DNA of 62,947 bases, counting the filler, from Conidiobolus incongruus B7586 (lineage: Eukaryota): NCBI GenBank assembly GCA_000697335.1. It is 5 parts of 5 records of this genome, joined end to end, with 100 filler letters (N's around TTAATTAATTAA, not from the genome) between each part and the next. Parts side by side here need not be neighbours in the genome. Positions count along the whole stretch, not along the records: positions 1 to 7,083 come from JNEM01006240.1; positions 7,184 to 17,048 come from JNEM01006241.1; 3 more parts are not named here. One strand, 5' to 3'. Positions 1 to 12,693 of the stretch are shown one piece after another. Below the pieces are notes generated by a model that did not search any database, was not told the DNA's origin, and saw only the letters and a program-made list of their open reading frames with translations. Position 1 is the first letter of the stretch, and the number at the start of each line of letters is the position of its first letter. The position numbers and the translations under genes were made by a program.

Positions 1-1053
1 AATGTAAAAATATTAACTAATATTAATACTATTATATATGATTTATATTGATATAAATATTACATATATTTTAAGAGAAAATAATTTTAATTAAAGAAAT
101 CCCATTATAAAATTAAATATGAGTTTAAATATCATTATTAATATTATATTAAAAGTCATTAAAGTAAGGTTATTTAATCTAATAAAATAAAGATATATTT
201 TGATAAATCTAATAGAAATGCTAGATATTTGAAAAAAAATAAAAAATTACTTTGTGACTATTATGTTATTATAACTTAAAAATATAATAATAGGTTGATT
301 ATAATTTAAAATTATATATATATTTCTTAGATATAAATTATTTTTATAAAGTTAATAGGGGAATTAATATTAATATATACTATATTATTTTAAGTAATAA
401 ATTGGAAAAAACTATTTAATAGTATAGGTTAAATAAATAAAACATTATTTTCTAACAAGATAATATATTTTATAATATTATAAATTCTATTATTAAATAA
501 CTTAAAAATAACAAAATAATTAGTATAAAATAGCCTCTTTAATTTTTTAATTTTAAATTAATTAAATATTTTTAAATTAATTAAAAAAATTAATTAAAGT
601 TATCCCTTTAGTGAAAAATTTAAATCAACTTTAAGAGTATATTTAAAAAGTTTTTAATAATATTATATTTGCTTAATATAAGATATTAGTTGATTTTATA
701 CACTATAAACTTAAAGAGGTTAGGAAAGTAAAAAATAGATATATTAAATATTAATTATTATAATATTATTCAAATCTTAAAATTTATAACTTATTTAAAA
801 TATATATTTAGTTTTAATATATTAATTAATATTTAATTAATTATAACTTAATATAGTATATTATAAATAAAAAATATATATTAATTATATAGCTTAATAT
901 AAGTATATTTAAATTAGAATTAATTAAAATACTAATTGGAATATTTATATTTTTAATTTTATAACTTATTTTTGCAAGTAAGAATATTTATATAATAGTT
1001 TTTTTGATTAAAAAAATAATTTTTTGAAATTAGATATTAAATTTAATAATATT

Positions 1054-1415
1054 TGTTAAGTTATTGCTAAAAATGGAGTTAATCAGCTATTTTACTATTT
1101 TATTATTTTACCATTTTACTATTTAGGATTTATTTATTTTAATCTTATCTGAGGAATCATGGGAATTTAACATTTGTATAAAAAGATGATTCTTATTGCT
1201 TTAGAAAATAGATTAATTTTAGTTCTTCTTAGAAATAAAAAATAAAAAGGTATATTTTGTTACTAATCTATATAAGTATTTTGTCTAGTTAATTTATTCT
1301 GAAACTAATAAAATCTAACTTTATTATAACTGTAAATTATAGAAAAGCAGGGTAACTCAGAGATTAAAAATAAGTATAATCTTTTCTAACTAAAACTTAA
1401 CTTAAAAAGTTAATA
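1054..1415 (+). repeat. 5' LTR of the Gypsy element
   Basis: Starts TGTTAAG, ends AAGTTAATA (CA degraded to TA); aligns along its length to 6192-6562. Confidence 0.93.
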
Positions 1416-1469
1416 TAGTGATTAGAAAGAGGTTGGATTTGTGAAATCATTACATTTTAGTTTAATACC

Positions 1470-4400
1470 TAAAATATTAAAATTTGCAGGATCAAAGAAA
1501 AAAATTAAAGGTTTTATTTATGATTTCAAAAATAAGGTAAATCTACTAAAATTAGATAAAGAACAAAAGATGATGTTCTTTCTAATATATCTAGAAAACA
1601 AACCTAAAAGATAGTTTAACAAGCAAAACTTTAATTCATAGGTTGAATTAGAGTGTGCTTTTATGAAGAAATTTCATTTAGCTATATTACCACATATAAC
1701 TTAGACAAAACTCATCTAAATAAGATAAGAGTTTAAGGAAACCCTAGACTACTATAACAATAGATTCAAAAAACAGGTTGAAAAATGTAATTATAGTACA
1801 TTTTAAGAAATAAAAATCCTAATCTTTTTATATTCTTTGAAAGATAGTTTTAGAAAAGTAGCATGTTTATAATTTTATGAAGAATGAAACTAAAACAAAT
1901 TAAAGGGAAAATTAAAGGGAAAATTAAGAAATCTTAATAGTTTCAATTAGTTTAATAATATTAGTCATAAAAATAAATAATCCATTAGTATTGTTATAAT
2001 AAAGCAAACCATAGAGAAAAAGTTTGATCTAAAATAAGATACCATGAAAGATATTTGTAAAAACCTAAGCAATAAGAAAAAAAAACACTTAGCAAGAACA
2101 CTAAAGGTGTACCATAACTATTTAAGTTTTAAACATCCTTTATCATATTATCCTAATGAAAGAAAAGCTTAAGATTAATAGAAATGGGGAGTCTTATTAA
2201 TTTATCCAATGAGTCCCCAATATTTTCTTTTTATGTTATTATAAAAACAAAGCTAAAAAGAACCTAGGATAAAGAAAAATGTTTTAGTAATAGATCTGTG
2301 GTAACTACAAAGAAAAACCTACCTATTAAACTTAAAAACCAACAGAAACAAAACTAAAGTTTAAAGTAGCTAAGTATATTGAAAAAACTTGAAGATTAGG
2401 AAGAAATAATATTTGATAACTAAAATAATTATGATAAAGAAAACAGATTAACATAAATAGAAGTTAATAAACTAGTTAGTTATAATAGCACATCAAGATA
2501 ACAAGATTACTAATCTCTAGAAAAGTTAAAACAGAGTAACACTTTAAAATAAAGCTTGTTGGTACTATTACCTATAAACAATAAAGAATAAGAAATAGTC
2601 ACAGAAAAAGTTAAACCATTACAATTGGTAGTACCTATAGATAAAGTTATAAGTATAAAAAAATCACTCAAAAGTTAAAAGAATTCTATAGAAAACAAAT
2701 ACCAGAAGTGTATCTCACTAATAACTAGAAATAAATTACATAAGAAACAATGTTATTCTTAGCTAAGATAAAAGGAAAACTAGTTAGGGTTATATTAGAT
2801 ACTAGTTTTACTAAAGTAATAATCTCTTAAAATTGTTTTGAAAGATTAGGTTTAAAAGAAGACTTCAAGGTTAATATAAGTATAGAGTATATCAAAAAGA
2901 ATAGTATAAAGAAATGAAAAGCATTTGAAGTATTAAAAGTTAAAGTAATAGGCAAGATAATAAACATACCTGTAATTATGTTAATTAGAAGTAAATACAA
3001 TATACTAGTTAGTATGTTATAGTTAACCATAGCAAGTGCTATTTTAAATTTAAATAATAAATTTATAAAAGTAAATGGTTATAGATTTTATCAAGAAAAA
3101 TAAACAATATTAATTATATAATAGTGTTGGTAAAAGAAAACAAAGATAATAAATTACTAGTCTTTATATCTCTAAAGTGTAATATGAAAATAAGTGATAA
3201 TAAAGGTATCTAATTTATTTGTCAAAGATCTTTTGTAATTCAACCTTATGTTATTTACAAATTAATTATTGATCTAGAAAAAGATGATAGTTACTTTAAA
3301 ATTTATCAACCACAATTTAACTTTAAAATACTAATCAAACTAATTAATGATAGTTTTATTATAGAACCAGTAAACAAAATTGTAATAATGTAATTCAAAT
3401 CAAAAATTAAATCTAACTTCAAATTAAAAAAAACAAATATCTAGTTTATATAAATGAATAGAATTTAAAGGAGTAGAAATCTATTAATTTAAGTATATCT
3501 AATTTTATTAACCAAATATGTGTGTTATTTTCTAAAGAAAAGGAAAATCATTATAATTTGGTAAATGATAGATTATTAGAATTAAATCACTTTAGTAATC
3601 AACAACAACATTAATTGTACTAAATTTTATAAAAATAATATGGTATATTTTTTATCAATAAGTATAATATAAGCAAAGTAAATATCAAATACAAAATATT
3701 CTCTGATAAATTAATACCACCTAAAAGTTTTTTATTATAGAGGTTACCTAAAGAAAAACAAGTTGAAATCTAAGAAATAAAAAACTATTGAAAGCTAATT
3801 TAATAGAGCTATTAATATCATTGTTTAAAATACTAATGGTGTTAATTCAAAAGCCTGATGGTTCTTTATAAGTTTGTATTGATTATCATCTCACCAACAA
3901 AATAATATAATTAGATAGTTACCTATTACATAAAATTAATGATTACTTAAAATAATTCACTAAAGTAAAATAGTTTACTACTATTAATAATACAAAAGGT
4001 TATTATTAAATGCTTCTCTCTTTAAATTTAAGAAAAATTACTGTTTTTGCTACTTTTAATAACATATACTAATGGAAAGTGTTTCTAATAGGTATAAGTA
4101 TATTAGGAGCAGCATTCTAATGTTTGCTAGATTACACTTTAGCTGGTTTATAACTAAAATGTTGTTTGGTTTATATAGATAATATTACTATCTTCTCACT
4201 AAGTTTTAAACAACATTTAACTGATTTAGATGCAGTTTTCAATTAATTATCTAAAACAAAATTAAAAGTAAATCATAAAAAATGCTAATTTGTAATGGAT
4301 AAAGTTATGGTGTTAAGATATATTATATCTGAAGCTGGGATAGAGATAGATTTAAAGAAGTTAGAAGCTATTGTTAATTTACCCCTACTTATAGATATAA

Positions 4401-6150
4401 AACAATTAAAAAGTTTTATTAGGTTAATTAGTTTTATAAAGAAATTCATTCCAAATTGCTTAATTATTTATAAACCCTTAAACAAATTAATTAAAAGAGG
4501 TACTATTTTTATATAAGGAATAGAATAGGAAGAATTATTTAATATCTTAAAACAAAAGTTGATTGAAAATCTAATTTTAAAATTTTTAAATTTTGAAAAA
4601 CAATTTTATATTGAGACTAATGCCTCTAATATTAGATTGGGTGTTATATTAAGTTAAGAAAAAAAATAAGAAAGATGGTTTTTGCTATCTTATTGCTTAT
4701 ATTTTTAAAATTTTAACTGATAGTAAAAAAAACTATAGTATTATAAATAAAGAAAGATTAACTATTATATAAATAGTAAAACTATTTCACCTTTATATAT
4801 ATAAGTTTAAATTCATTATAATTACTAATCACTTAGCTTTTACCTATTTACAAACTAAATAAAATTTAGAAGGAAGTAAAAAGAATAAGATAGATAGAAA
4901 AGTTGATGAATTATAATTTTAATATTATACATAAGAAAGATGCTGATAATTATTTACCAGATATATTATTAAGGTTGGTTTTAATTATTCAAGATAATAA
5001 GTGTTTACTTTTAAATGCTATAATTAATAACTTTAAAAAAGATAAAGCTTTTAAAATAGATAAGTTGTGGTTACTATTAAATCAACAAAAAGAATTGTTA
5101 GAAAGATATTATAAATTCTATACTAGGCATTTAGGTATATTAAAACTATTTAATCTAATTAAATCAAAGTATTATTAGAATAATATGTTAAACAATTGTA
5201 AATTTATATTCTCTAGTTGTATTTGGTATTAAAAATATACTCTATATTATTAACTTAAGCTAATAATACCAATCCTTGCTTATAAACTTTTTTATAAAGT
5301 TGGAATAGATTTTACTAAAATAGATTTTAAAAGTACTAATGGGAAAAGGTATATTATAATATACATTGACTATTTTACTAGATGGGTTAAAGCTAAAGTT
5401 ATAACTTCAATAAATGAATCTGTTGTTAAAGAATTTATCTAGGATATTATAACTAGGTATAATTACCTAAAAAAGATTATTAATAACAATAGTTGATTTT
5501 TTATTATTAAAAGTATAAAGAAATTTTATATCAAATTAGGTATAGAAAATAAAACTACAAACCAATATTATCTTAAGTCTAATAGTAAAGTTGAAAGAGT
5601 AATTAGTATGTTGAAGAGGATTTTACAAAAGTTGAATTTAAATAATAGTAAAAGATAGGACCAGTGGTTAAATATTACTCTTATAATAATAAAAATTACT
5701 TAATATATATAAACTAGATATTTACCTTTTATGTTACTTTATGATAGAAATCCTACTCTACTAAGGATATTAGTTTAAGAAAACCATAAAAGTTATATAG
5801 GTTAAGATTACTATAAAGATTATATAAAAGAAATAAGTTAGGAATTGGTTAAAATTTATAATTTAGTTTATTAGAATAATCTAAACAGTAAAGTAAAAAT
5901 GATAACTAGATAGAATAAAACATAAAGTGTTAAAAGTAAACACTTTAAATTTAGTGATATAATCTTATATAATTAGAGAAAATATATTAAATCAAGAGGT
6001 GAAAAAGGTAGACCTTAGATTAAACTTTTAAAAATCATTAAGGTATTCCTAAGACTATGCTATAAACTGAAGCATCTTATTTCCTTTACTATTCTTATTT
6101 AAGTATACACTAGTTTTATCAAATATTTCATTAGCTAACTTAATTTATAA
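1470..6150 (+). pseudogene. Degenerate gag-pol (zinc knuckle, protease, RT, RNase H, integrase); boundaries approximate
   Basis: YHNYLSFKHPLSYY at 2110-2151 (CX2CX4HX4C with every Cys as Tyr); ILDTS at ~2792-2806 (DTG); YIDN at 4172-4183 (YIDD); ETNAS at ~4613-4627 (TDAS); integrase GIDF, IDYFTRWV, SNSKVER; many in-frame stops. ORFs 4295-4516 and 4903-5178 are fragments of it. Confidence 0.9.
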
Positions 6151-6191
6151 AATCATTAGACTTAAAAATATACATAATAATTGGGGAGTTA

Positions 6192-6562
6192 TGTTAAGTT
6201 ATTAGCTAAAAATACAGTTAATCAGCTATTTTAATATTTTATTATTTTATTATTTTACTATTTTACTATTTAAAATTTATTCATTTTAATTTTATCTAAA
6301 GAATCATAAGAATTTAACATTTATATAAAAAGATAATTCTTATTGCTTTAGAAAATAGATTGATTTTGGTTCTTCTTAGAAATAAAAAGTAAAAAGGTAT
6401 ACTTTGTTACTAATCTGTGTGAGTATTCTATCTAGTTAATTTATTCTGAAACTAATAGAATCTAACTTTATTGTAACTATAAATTATAGAAAAGCAAGGT
6501 AACTCAGAGATTAAGAATAAGTATAATCCCCTCTAATTAAAACTTAACTTAAAAAGTCAACA
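6192..6562 (+). repeat. 3' LTR of the Gypsy element
   Basis: TGTTAAG...GTCAACA, directly after the PPT and followed by TSD ATATT. Confidence 0.93.
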
Positions 6563-7000
6563 ATATTTAAATTAAATAATAATCATCAAAAGTTTTTAAT
6601 TTTAATATTAATTAAACTTAACTATAAATCCTTTAAAATTTTTTATAATTTTTAAGCAACCTTTGATAATAAGTTATTATTTAAATTAATAATCAATTAC
6701 TAGATAAATTATTTTAAAGCTTATAAACAAATTATCTAAAACCTGTTAAAATATAAAAAACTAATTTCAAATATTATTTTTTTAATAGTTTATAAAAAAA
6801 GATATTCACAAATATTTTTTTATTTTAATTAAAGAATTATCAAGATACTTTAATATTAATTATATCAATATTATATTTATATTATAATTTACACTAAAAT
6901 TAATTTAAAAAATAAAAAATAGGTATTTTATAATTTAAATAAAGTTTTAAAAATATTAGAATAGTTATTACTAAATAAAATTTATTAAGATATAGCTAGA
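6563..7000. repeat. Dispersed AT-rich repeat, copy A (interrupted by the Gypsy element; left part ~1000-1053)
   Basis: Removing the element and one TSD gives TTAAATTTAATAATATTTAAATTAAATAATAATCATCAAA, matching TTAAATTCAATTATGCTGAAATTAAATAATAATCATCAAA at ~24048; colinear similarity continues ~400 bp. Confidence 0.65.
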
Positions 7001-7083
7001 AACCAAATATTATATAATAAATTATTATAATTAATAAATCTTAAACTTTCTTATATAATCATTTATTAAATTTTAAATCAAAA

Positions 7084-7183
7084 NNNNNNNNNNNNNNNNN
7101 NNNNNNNNNNNNNNNNNNNNNNNNNNNTTAATTAATTAANNNNNNNNNNNNNNNNNNNNNNNNNNNNNNNNNNNNNNNNNNNN
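7084..7183. other. Assembly linker (N44-TTAATTAATTAA-N44)
   Basis: Identical 100-nt spacer with stops in all six frames occurs four times in the window. Confidence 0.97.
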
Positions 7184-8113
7184 AATTTATAATATATAAA
7201 AAATTAATATAAAATAAAATTAATTATTTTTTGTCATATTTTGATAAGTTTTTAATATCTAAAATCTATTTTTTTATTAAAGATTGAAATTTAATATTTT
7301 ACAAATAAATTATATTTTTTTTATAAACTGATTTTTTGATTATTTAAAGCAATTATAATCATATAAGTTATAATGCAAAAAATACTCTATATATACTAGT
7401 TTTTTATATTATTTTTAATTATAAAAATATTTTTATAACTTTATATAATTTAAAATTATCCTTTAAAATAATAATTGGTTTTAAATTATAATAAAGATAT
7501 TAATTAAAAATAATTTTATTTATAAAAAAACAATAGATAGTTTATTGTTAATTAATTTCCTTTTAAATATTAAAAAATAAATTTTTTTAAAAATTTAACC
7601 AAAAAAGCTATTATATAATTTAGAGCTATATAATGTCCTATTTAATTTGTATATATTTTATAATTTAAAATTAATAATATGTTTGAAAAATTACAAATTA
7701 AAAAATTTCCCATCTCTTCAAATCTAAGGTAATAATAATATTTATTATATTATTTTTAATTTTTTTATTACTAACACACATAAAATACTAATAATATGAT
7801 TAAAATGTTTTAATATATTAACAATGATTCAATTTACTTTTTAATAAGTCAAAATGATAATGGAAATGGATAGTATAGATAATTTCAATAACCTCAAAAA
7901 GCATAAAAGTACCCATTTACCTATGATTTCTAAATTTATCTAACAATCTCGATAAATTTACTCAATTAAAATTGTTGATTAGATAGATTAATTGATCGAT
8001 TATATTGAGAAAATAAGTAAACCATTAATTATTTAATTAATCATTTAATTAATTTTTTAATATAAAATTACTAATAAAACTATTGAATAAGCAATTTTTT
8101 TAAAATATCTTGA

Positions 8114-9752
8114 TATCTATTAAATTATGGAGGTGGCAATGTCCGAAGTTTATTAAATGCTGTAGAAAAGTTAGGCTACCAAATTCAGCCTATTCAAAAT
8201 GTTGAAGATTTCGAAAAAGCTCAAGTAAATTTATTATATTTAATATGCTATATAAAATCTGATCAATTTAAAGCAAATTATATTCCTAGGAGTTGAAAAC
8301 TTTGGTACAGCTGTGAAATTTCTCTAAGTCAAAGAATTTATCGAACCTCTGAACAAATACATCCAAAGTGGTAAAAAATTCTTTGAAATTTGCGTTGGGA
8401 TGCAATGCTTGTTCCAAAGCTCTGAGGAATTTAAAGAGGCGCCAGGTCTTAGTATTATTCCTGGCACCGTGAAGAAATTTGACGCGAGTGGCAAATTGGT
8501 GCCTCATATGCACTGGAATTACATTGTAATGGCTGGGAACGGTGTTAAGTTCAATCAATATTATTATTTTGTTCATTTATATACTGTCAAATTTGATGAG
8601 AATTTGAAAGATTGAGCTTTTAGTACTACGGTTTACGAGGATGAAACTTTTATCAGTTCTGTGAGGAAAGGGTCATTATTGGCTACTCAATTCCACCCTG
8701 AGAAGAGTGGATTTGCAGGCCTTCAGCTCATTCACTGGTTTTTAGCAGGTACTACTAGTAATGAACTACCAGTCAGTCCATTTATACTCAAACCTTTAAC
8801 AAATCCTCTCACCAAACGTGTAATAGCTTGTCTCGACGTAAGAACCAAGGATCAAGGAGATCTCGTCGTCACCAAAGGCGATCAGTATGATGTAAGCGAA
8901 AAAGTAAACAACGAAGTGCACAATATTGGAAAACTAGTTGAACTGGCAACTGGCTACTTCAATGAAGGTGCTAATGAGGTCACATTTCTCATCACCACCG
9001 GTTTCCGCAACTCTCCTCTCAAAGATTTACCCAGGTTGCAAGTACTTGAATTGGCATCCAAGCAAGTATTCATTCCTTTCACAATTGGTGGTGGTATTCG
9101 CGAGTTTGTCGACCTTGATGGCACAGTCCATCCAGCTCACGAAGTTGCTGAAACTTATTTTAGATCAGGTACTGACAAGGTATTCATTGACGGCGATACA
9201 GTAATTGCTGTCGAAAATTACTATAATAATGGGTCCAAACCTGATGGTACCTCTGCCATTGAGTCAATTTCCAAAGTGTATGGTAATCAAGTTGTAGTTA
9301 TTTCTTTAAATCCTCGCAGAGTGTATTCCAACGATCCATCATAAATCACTCATGCAACTGTCGAAGCCATCAAAACCGATGCTGATGGCAAGAAATACTG
9401 CTGGTACCAATGCTCCATCAAAGGAGGTCGCGAATTCCGAGATCTCGACGTCATTCAACTTGTCAAAACTTGTGAAGTCTTAGATGTTGGTAAAATCCCA
9501 TTAAACTGTATCGACCAAGACGGTACTAATTCCGGTTACGATATCGCACTAATCAACCAGGTGAAGCAAGCTGTCAGTATTCCATTAATTGCGAGCAGTC
9601 GAGCTGGCAAGGCCGAACACTTTTCGGAAGTATTTGCTAAGGCCAATGTGGATGCTGCCCTAGCTGCTGGCATTTTCCATCGACAGGAAGTTCCTATCCA
9701 AGATGTTAAAACTCATTTGAGAGATAAGGGACTTTCCCTAAGACCTATATAG
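8114..9752 (+). pseudogene. HIS7: Imidazole glycerol phosphate synthase HisHF pseudogene
   Basis: LNYGGGNVRSL, intron 8225-8273, then [64 protein letters not shown] in one frame; premature stops TAA 8325-8327, TGA 8613-8615, TAA 9342-9344; no start codon found (TGA at 8111-8113). Confidence 0.93.
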
Positions 9753-10539
9753 ATTCTAAATATTTAATTTATTAAAATGAATTTTCAATTATTTACTATC
9801 AATCTTATAATATTTTGTTATATAAATGTTTCAATAATTAAAATTTAAATTTATCACTCCAACATATATTATCCAAGGCAAATATTATTATTTTACAAAT
9901 AAAATTGTTTCAATATTGATACATCAAATAAGTATAAAATTATATGAATTTTGAATCAAAATTAGAATGAAAATACATATTTTATGCTGTGATTAATATA
10001 AAATGATGATAATATTATAAAGCATATTAAATATATTTGACCTTTTATACCTTATAACATATAATTGAAAAATAAAGATATTTTTTGTCAAAATGAGTTC
10101 ATGATTTAAATATTAAAGATATTAGAATTCTTTAGAATTTTTTTAAATATATTAATACTTATCAATTTTGAAAAATTATTTATATAATATTAGGATGGTT
10201 AGAGTATTTTTCTATTTAAAAATTATTTTGTTTATATTGTAGTAATTTAATATTGTATAAATGCTAACTTTGAAATATAAACGAACGATATTGTAATTAT
10301 TAGCTGATTATAACAGTTTTGAATATCAAGCAATGATATTGTCTATCAATTTAATTTATATTATTTCATTATTTAGACTTATTGAATAATTGTAAATAAT
10401 GCCTAATTGATTGGAAATTAAATTAATACTATAAATATAAAAATAATAAATATTAGTAAAAATTATAAAACTCTTAAATAAATTTAAATTATAGCAATAT
10501 AAATAATAATACCCAAATAAAAATATTTTAATAATACAA

Positions 10540-10806
10540 TTAAGATTGCATCTTATTATCCACTTTAGCCAACTCTTCTTTCAACTGTTTGGAGAAGTCG
10601 TCCTCGATATCGTCATCATCCCAATTATCATCCCAAAGGTTGGCATCTGGATTATTTTCAGCTTCGTTCCAATCTTCTACTGGAAACTCCTCAAATTCGT
10701 CATCATCTTCCAAAACTGCTAAAGTGTTCTTAGTTTCTTTTTCGTTTTGAGGTTTTGTTTCTTTGGTTTTATTATCACTTGTGGTGTTTGTATTATTAGA
10801 TGGCAT
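10540..10806 (-). CDS. SEM1: 26S proteasome/TREX-2 subunit Sem1/DSS1
   Basis: LEDDDEFEEFP, WDDNWDDDDIEDDFSKQLKEEL signature. Confidence 0.96.
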   Translation of the reverse strand: MPSNNTNTTSDNKTKETKPQNEKETKNTLAVLEDDDEFEEFPVEDWNEAENNPDANLWDDNWDDDDIEDDFSKQLKEELAKVDNKMQS

Positions 10807-10902
10807 TTTTTGTTTTGATTAGTTATTGTTAAGAGGGATTTGTTTTGTTGAATGATTACGTGTAAATTTCATTTTTAATTAATGAATTTATAATTATTAT
10901 TA

Positions 10903-10911
10903 TTATGGGAT
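10903..10911 (-). promoter_or_regulatory. Candidate promoter motif ATCCCATAA (SEM1)
   Basis: Exact copy 97 bp upstream of the ATG; one of seven exact copies, all gene-upstream. Confidence 0.6.
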
Positions 10912-11114
10912 TGTTCAATTTGAAAAATCTTAAGAATTAATTTTTATTAATTATTGAAAATAAATAATTGATTTATATTTTAATTAAAAATAGATTAAAA
11001 TCATTTAAATTTAAATATTATCAATATATAAATTTGAAAAATAAATAATATGAAACAGTTAAAGAGTTAAATTATGGTTTTATTAAACATTATTATAATG
11101 AATACAAATTTATA

Positions 11115-11705
11115 TTAATTAATAGGAATATATTCAGGTATTGTCAAATAATCCAAACTTAAAAATATAAAACTTATAAAATTCAAGATAAAACTAAATA
11201 AATTCATGAAGAAACAGAAGCCTAACTGAATGTGTATTTCCTGAGGAGTATGGCCTGACATGAAGGGCTCTGGAAATTTGTAGTAGTGGTACATGACGAG
11301 CCATATAGCCACTGATTGAAAAATGCACTGGATCAGGATGGATAATATGATAATTGGTAGGAATTTCATCTGTTTTAGAAGTGATCTAAACGTTAAATAT
11401 ATAATCATAGCTAGTAAGATACTGCCAAAAATAGTGTTGAATAAAATACTGGATTTTAACAGTTTCCAATTGTAGCAAAAGTTTCCAATATGACAATCCC
11501 AATCGATATCGGATGGAAAAGGCTTACATCTGCCTAAAAAGTAGCCACACTTGCGAAATATACCAAAATGAGTTTCGATAACGAATGGTAATTTATTGTA
11601 AGCGACAATCCACTCAGGAAAAATTAGACTAATAAGGGTACAGCAATATCCTATTAAAAATCGAATTGTAAGTAATGCGTAACTTCGTGTTGAACTCATC
11701 CTCAT
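11115..11705 (-). CDS. Claudin/PMP22-superfamily four-TM membrane protein
   Basis: Four hydrophobic segments; first loop W...HFGIFRKC...C..FP...C...FC..W resembles the W-GLW-C-C claudin-like motif. Confidence 0.7.
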   Translation of the reverse strand: MRMSSTRSYALLTIRFLIGYCCTLISLIFPEWIVAYNKLPFVIETHFGIFRKCGYFLGRCKPFPSDIDWDCHIGNFCYNWKLLKSSILFNTIFGSILLAMIIYLTFRSLLKQMKFLPIIILSILIQCIFQSVAIWLVMYHYYKFPEPFMSGHTPQEIHIQLGFCFFMNLFSFILNFISFIFLSLDYLTIPEYIPIN

Positions 11706-11826
11706 TTTGAATAATATTTATTTATTTTGTTAAATTTCTATTGAATTGAAATGGTAAAGATAATGTTTTCAGTTTCTAATAATTATATTCAGGGTCATCA
11801 TTTCTTATTTATTTTTATTTTAATCA

Positions 11827-11835
11827 TTATGGGAT
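11827..11835 (-). promoter_or_regulatory. Candidate promoter motif ATCCCATAA (claudin-like gene)
   Basis: Exact copy 122 bp upstream of the ATG. Confidence 0.6.
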
Positions 11836-12384
11836 AGTTTAAAAAAAATATATTTAACAGTAACAAATTGAATTCCGTTGATGTAATATTTGAAATTAGT
11901 GAAACCAGAATAACAAAGAGTACTCGAAATTTCTAAACAAATAATTAGATTTCTAAATTGTTAATCTAGATAAAAATATCATTTCTACAAAATATTCTTG
12001 TAATATATTTGTTATCACCAAGAAATTTAAAGAATTTTTGAAAATTTTACTAATTTGGTTAATGATTATGATTTCAATTTTGTCTAGTAGTAGAAATTCA
12101 ATTAACTTTTTGGTGTGTTTAATAAGTGTATTGATTTGAATATTAAAGATAGAAGAAATTATTCATGATAAAGTATATTTATAAATGATATAAATAACAA
12201 TATGCCAATTCAACAAAATATTGAAATAAAAATACTAATTTTTTATTAGATTATACAAATATATTAATTCCTTGATTGGTTTTTCAATAATGGATGATAA
12301 TATAGTATCATATCTCTGCACTTATCATATTGATTAAATAATCCCTATTTCTTTAACATAGCAAACTTTGATATAAAAATATTA

Positions 12385-12693
12385 TTAGAAATGCCTCAAT
12401 AATATGCTGAAAATCCATTAGCTCATATTCCAATGCTTTTGAATACATCTCAGGTATTATATTATAGTTGGAGAGTGCCAATATTTCATAGTTGATTTCA
12501 CCAGTGCATATGTACTGTACAGTGGATATAATGGTAGGTTTTGAGCATCTCTTATCAAGTTAGATAACTTTGGATTTTTTATTATTGGATACGAATAATC
12601 GCTTAAAATAACTACTCTTCATTGTCAAATCTGTAGAATAACATATTATTTTTGGCACTTGCCATTATTCTTAACAATCAGAGAGATATCATC
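12385..12693 (-). pseudogene. BTB/POZ-domain gene relic (probably extends upstream to ~13600)
   Basis: DDISLIVKNNGK..(stop, frameshift)..LTMKSSYFKRLF...VI*LD...TVQYICTGEI...MYSKALEYELMDFQHIIEAFL fits the BTB pattern S.YF..LF / QYIYTG.I / A..Y.L..L...E.FL. Confidence 0.65.

Larger units (their letters stand above)
1054..6562 (+). mobile_element. Full-length degenerate Ty3/Gypsy LTR retrotransposon
   Basis: Two homologous LTRs; 5-bp target-site duplication ATATT at 1049-1053 and 6563-6567; PBS-like TAGTGATT.. (TGG degraded) at 1416; polypurine tract GGGGAG at 6183-6188; internal relics in gag-PR-RT-RNaseH-INT order. Confidence 0.95.

Noticed and set aside
2827..3030. Hydrophobic minus-strand ORF (also 32433-32693, 47756-47962)
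   Set aside because: Ile/Leu/Phe/Asn-rich by-products of AT-rich DNA; the first is antisense to the protease relic.
7128..7139. Palindromic TTAATTAATTAA repeated four times
   Set aside because: Always centred in identical 100-nt N spacers: an artificial contig linker.
8114..9752. Stop-codon reassignment, readthrough or RNA editing to rescue HIS7
   Set aside because: Stops are of two types, come with many missense hits at invariant residues, and neighbouring genes use TAA/TAG/TGA as normal stops.
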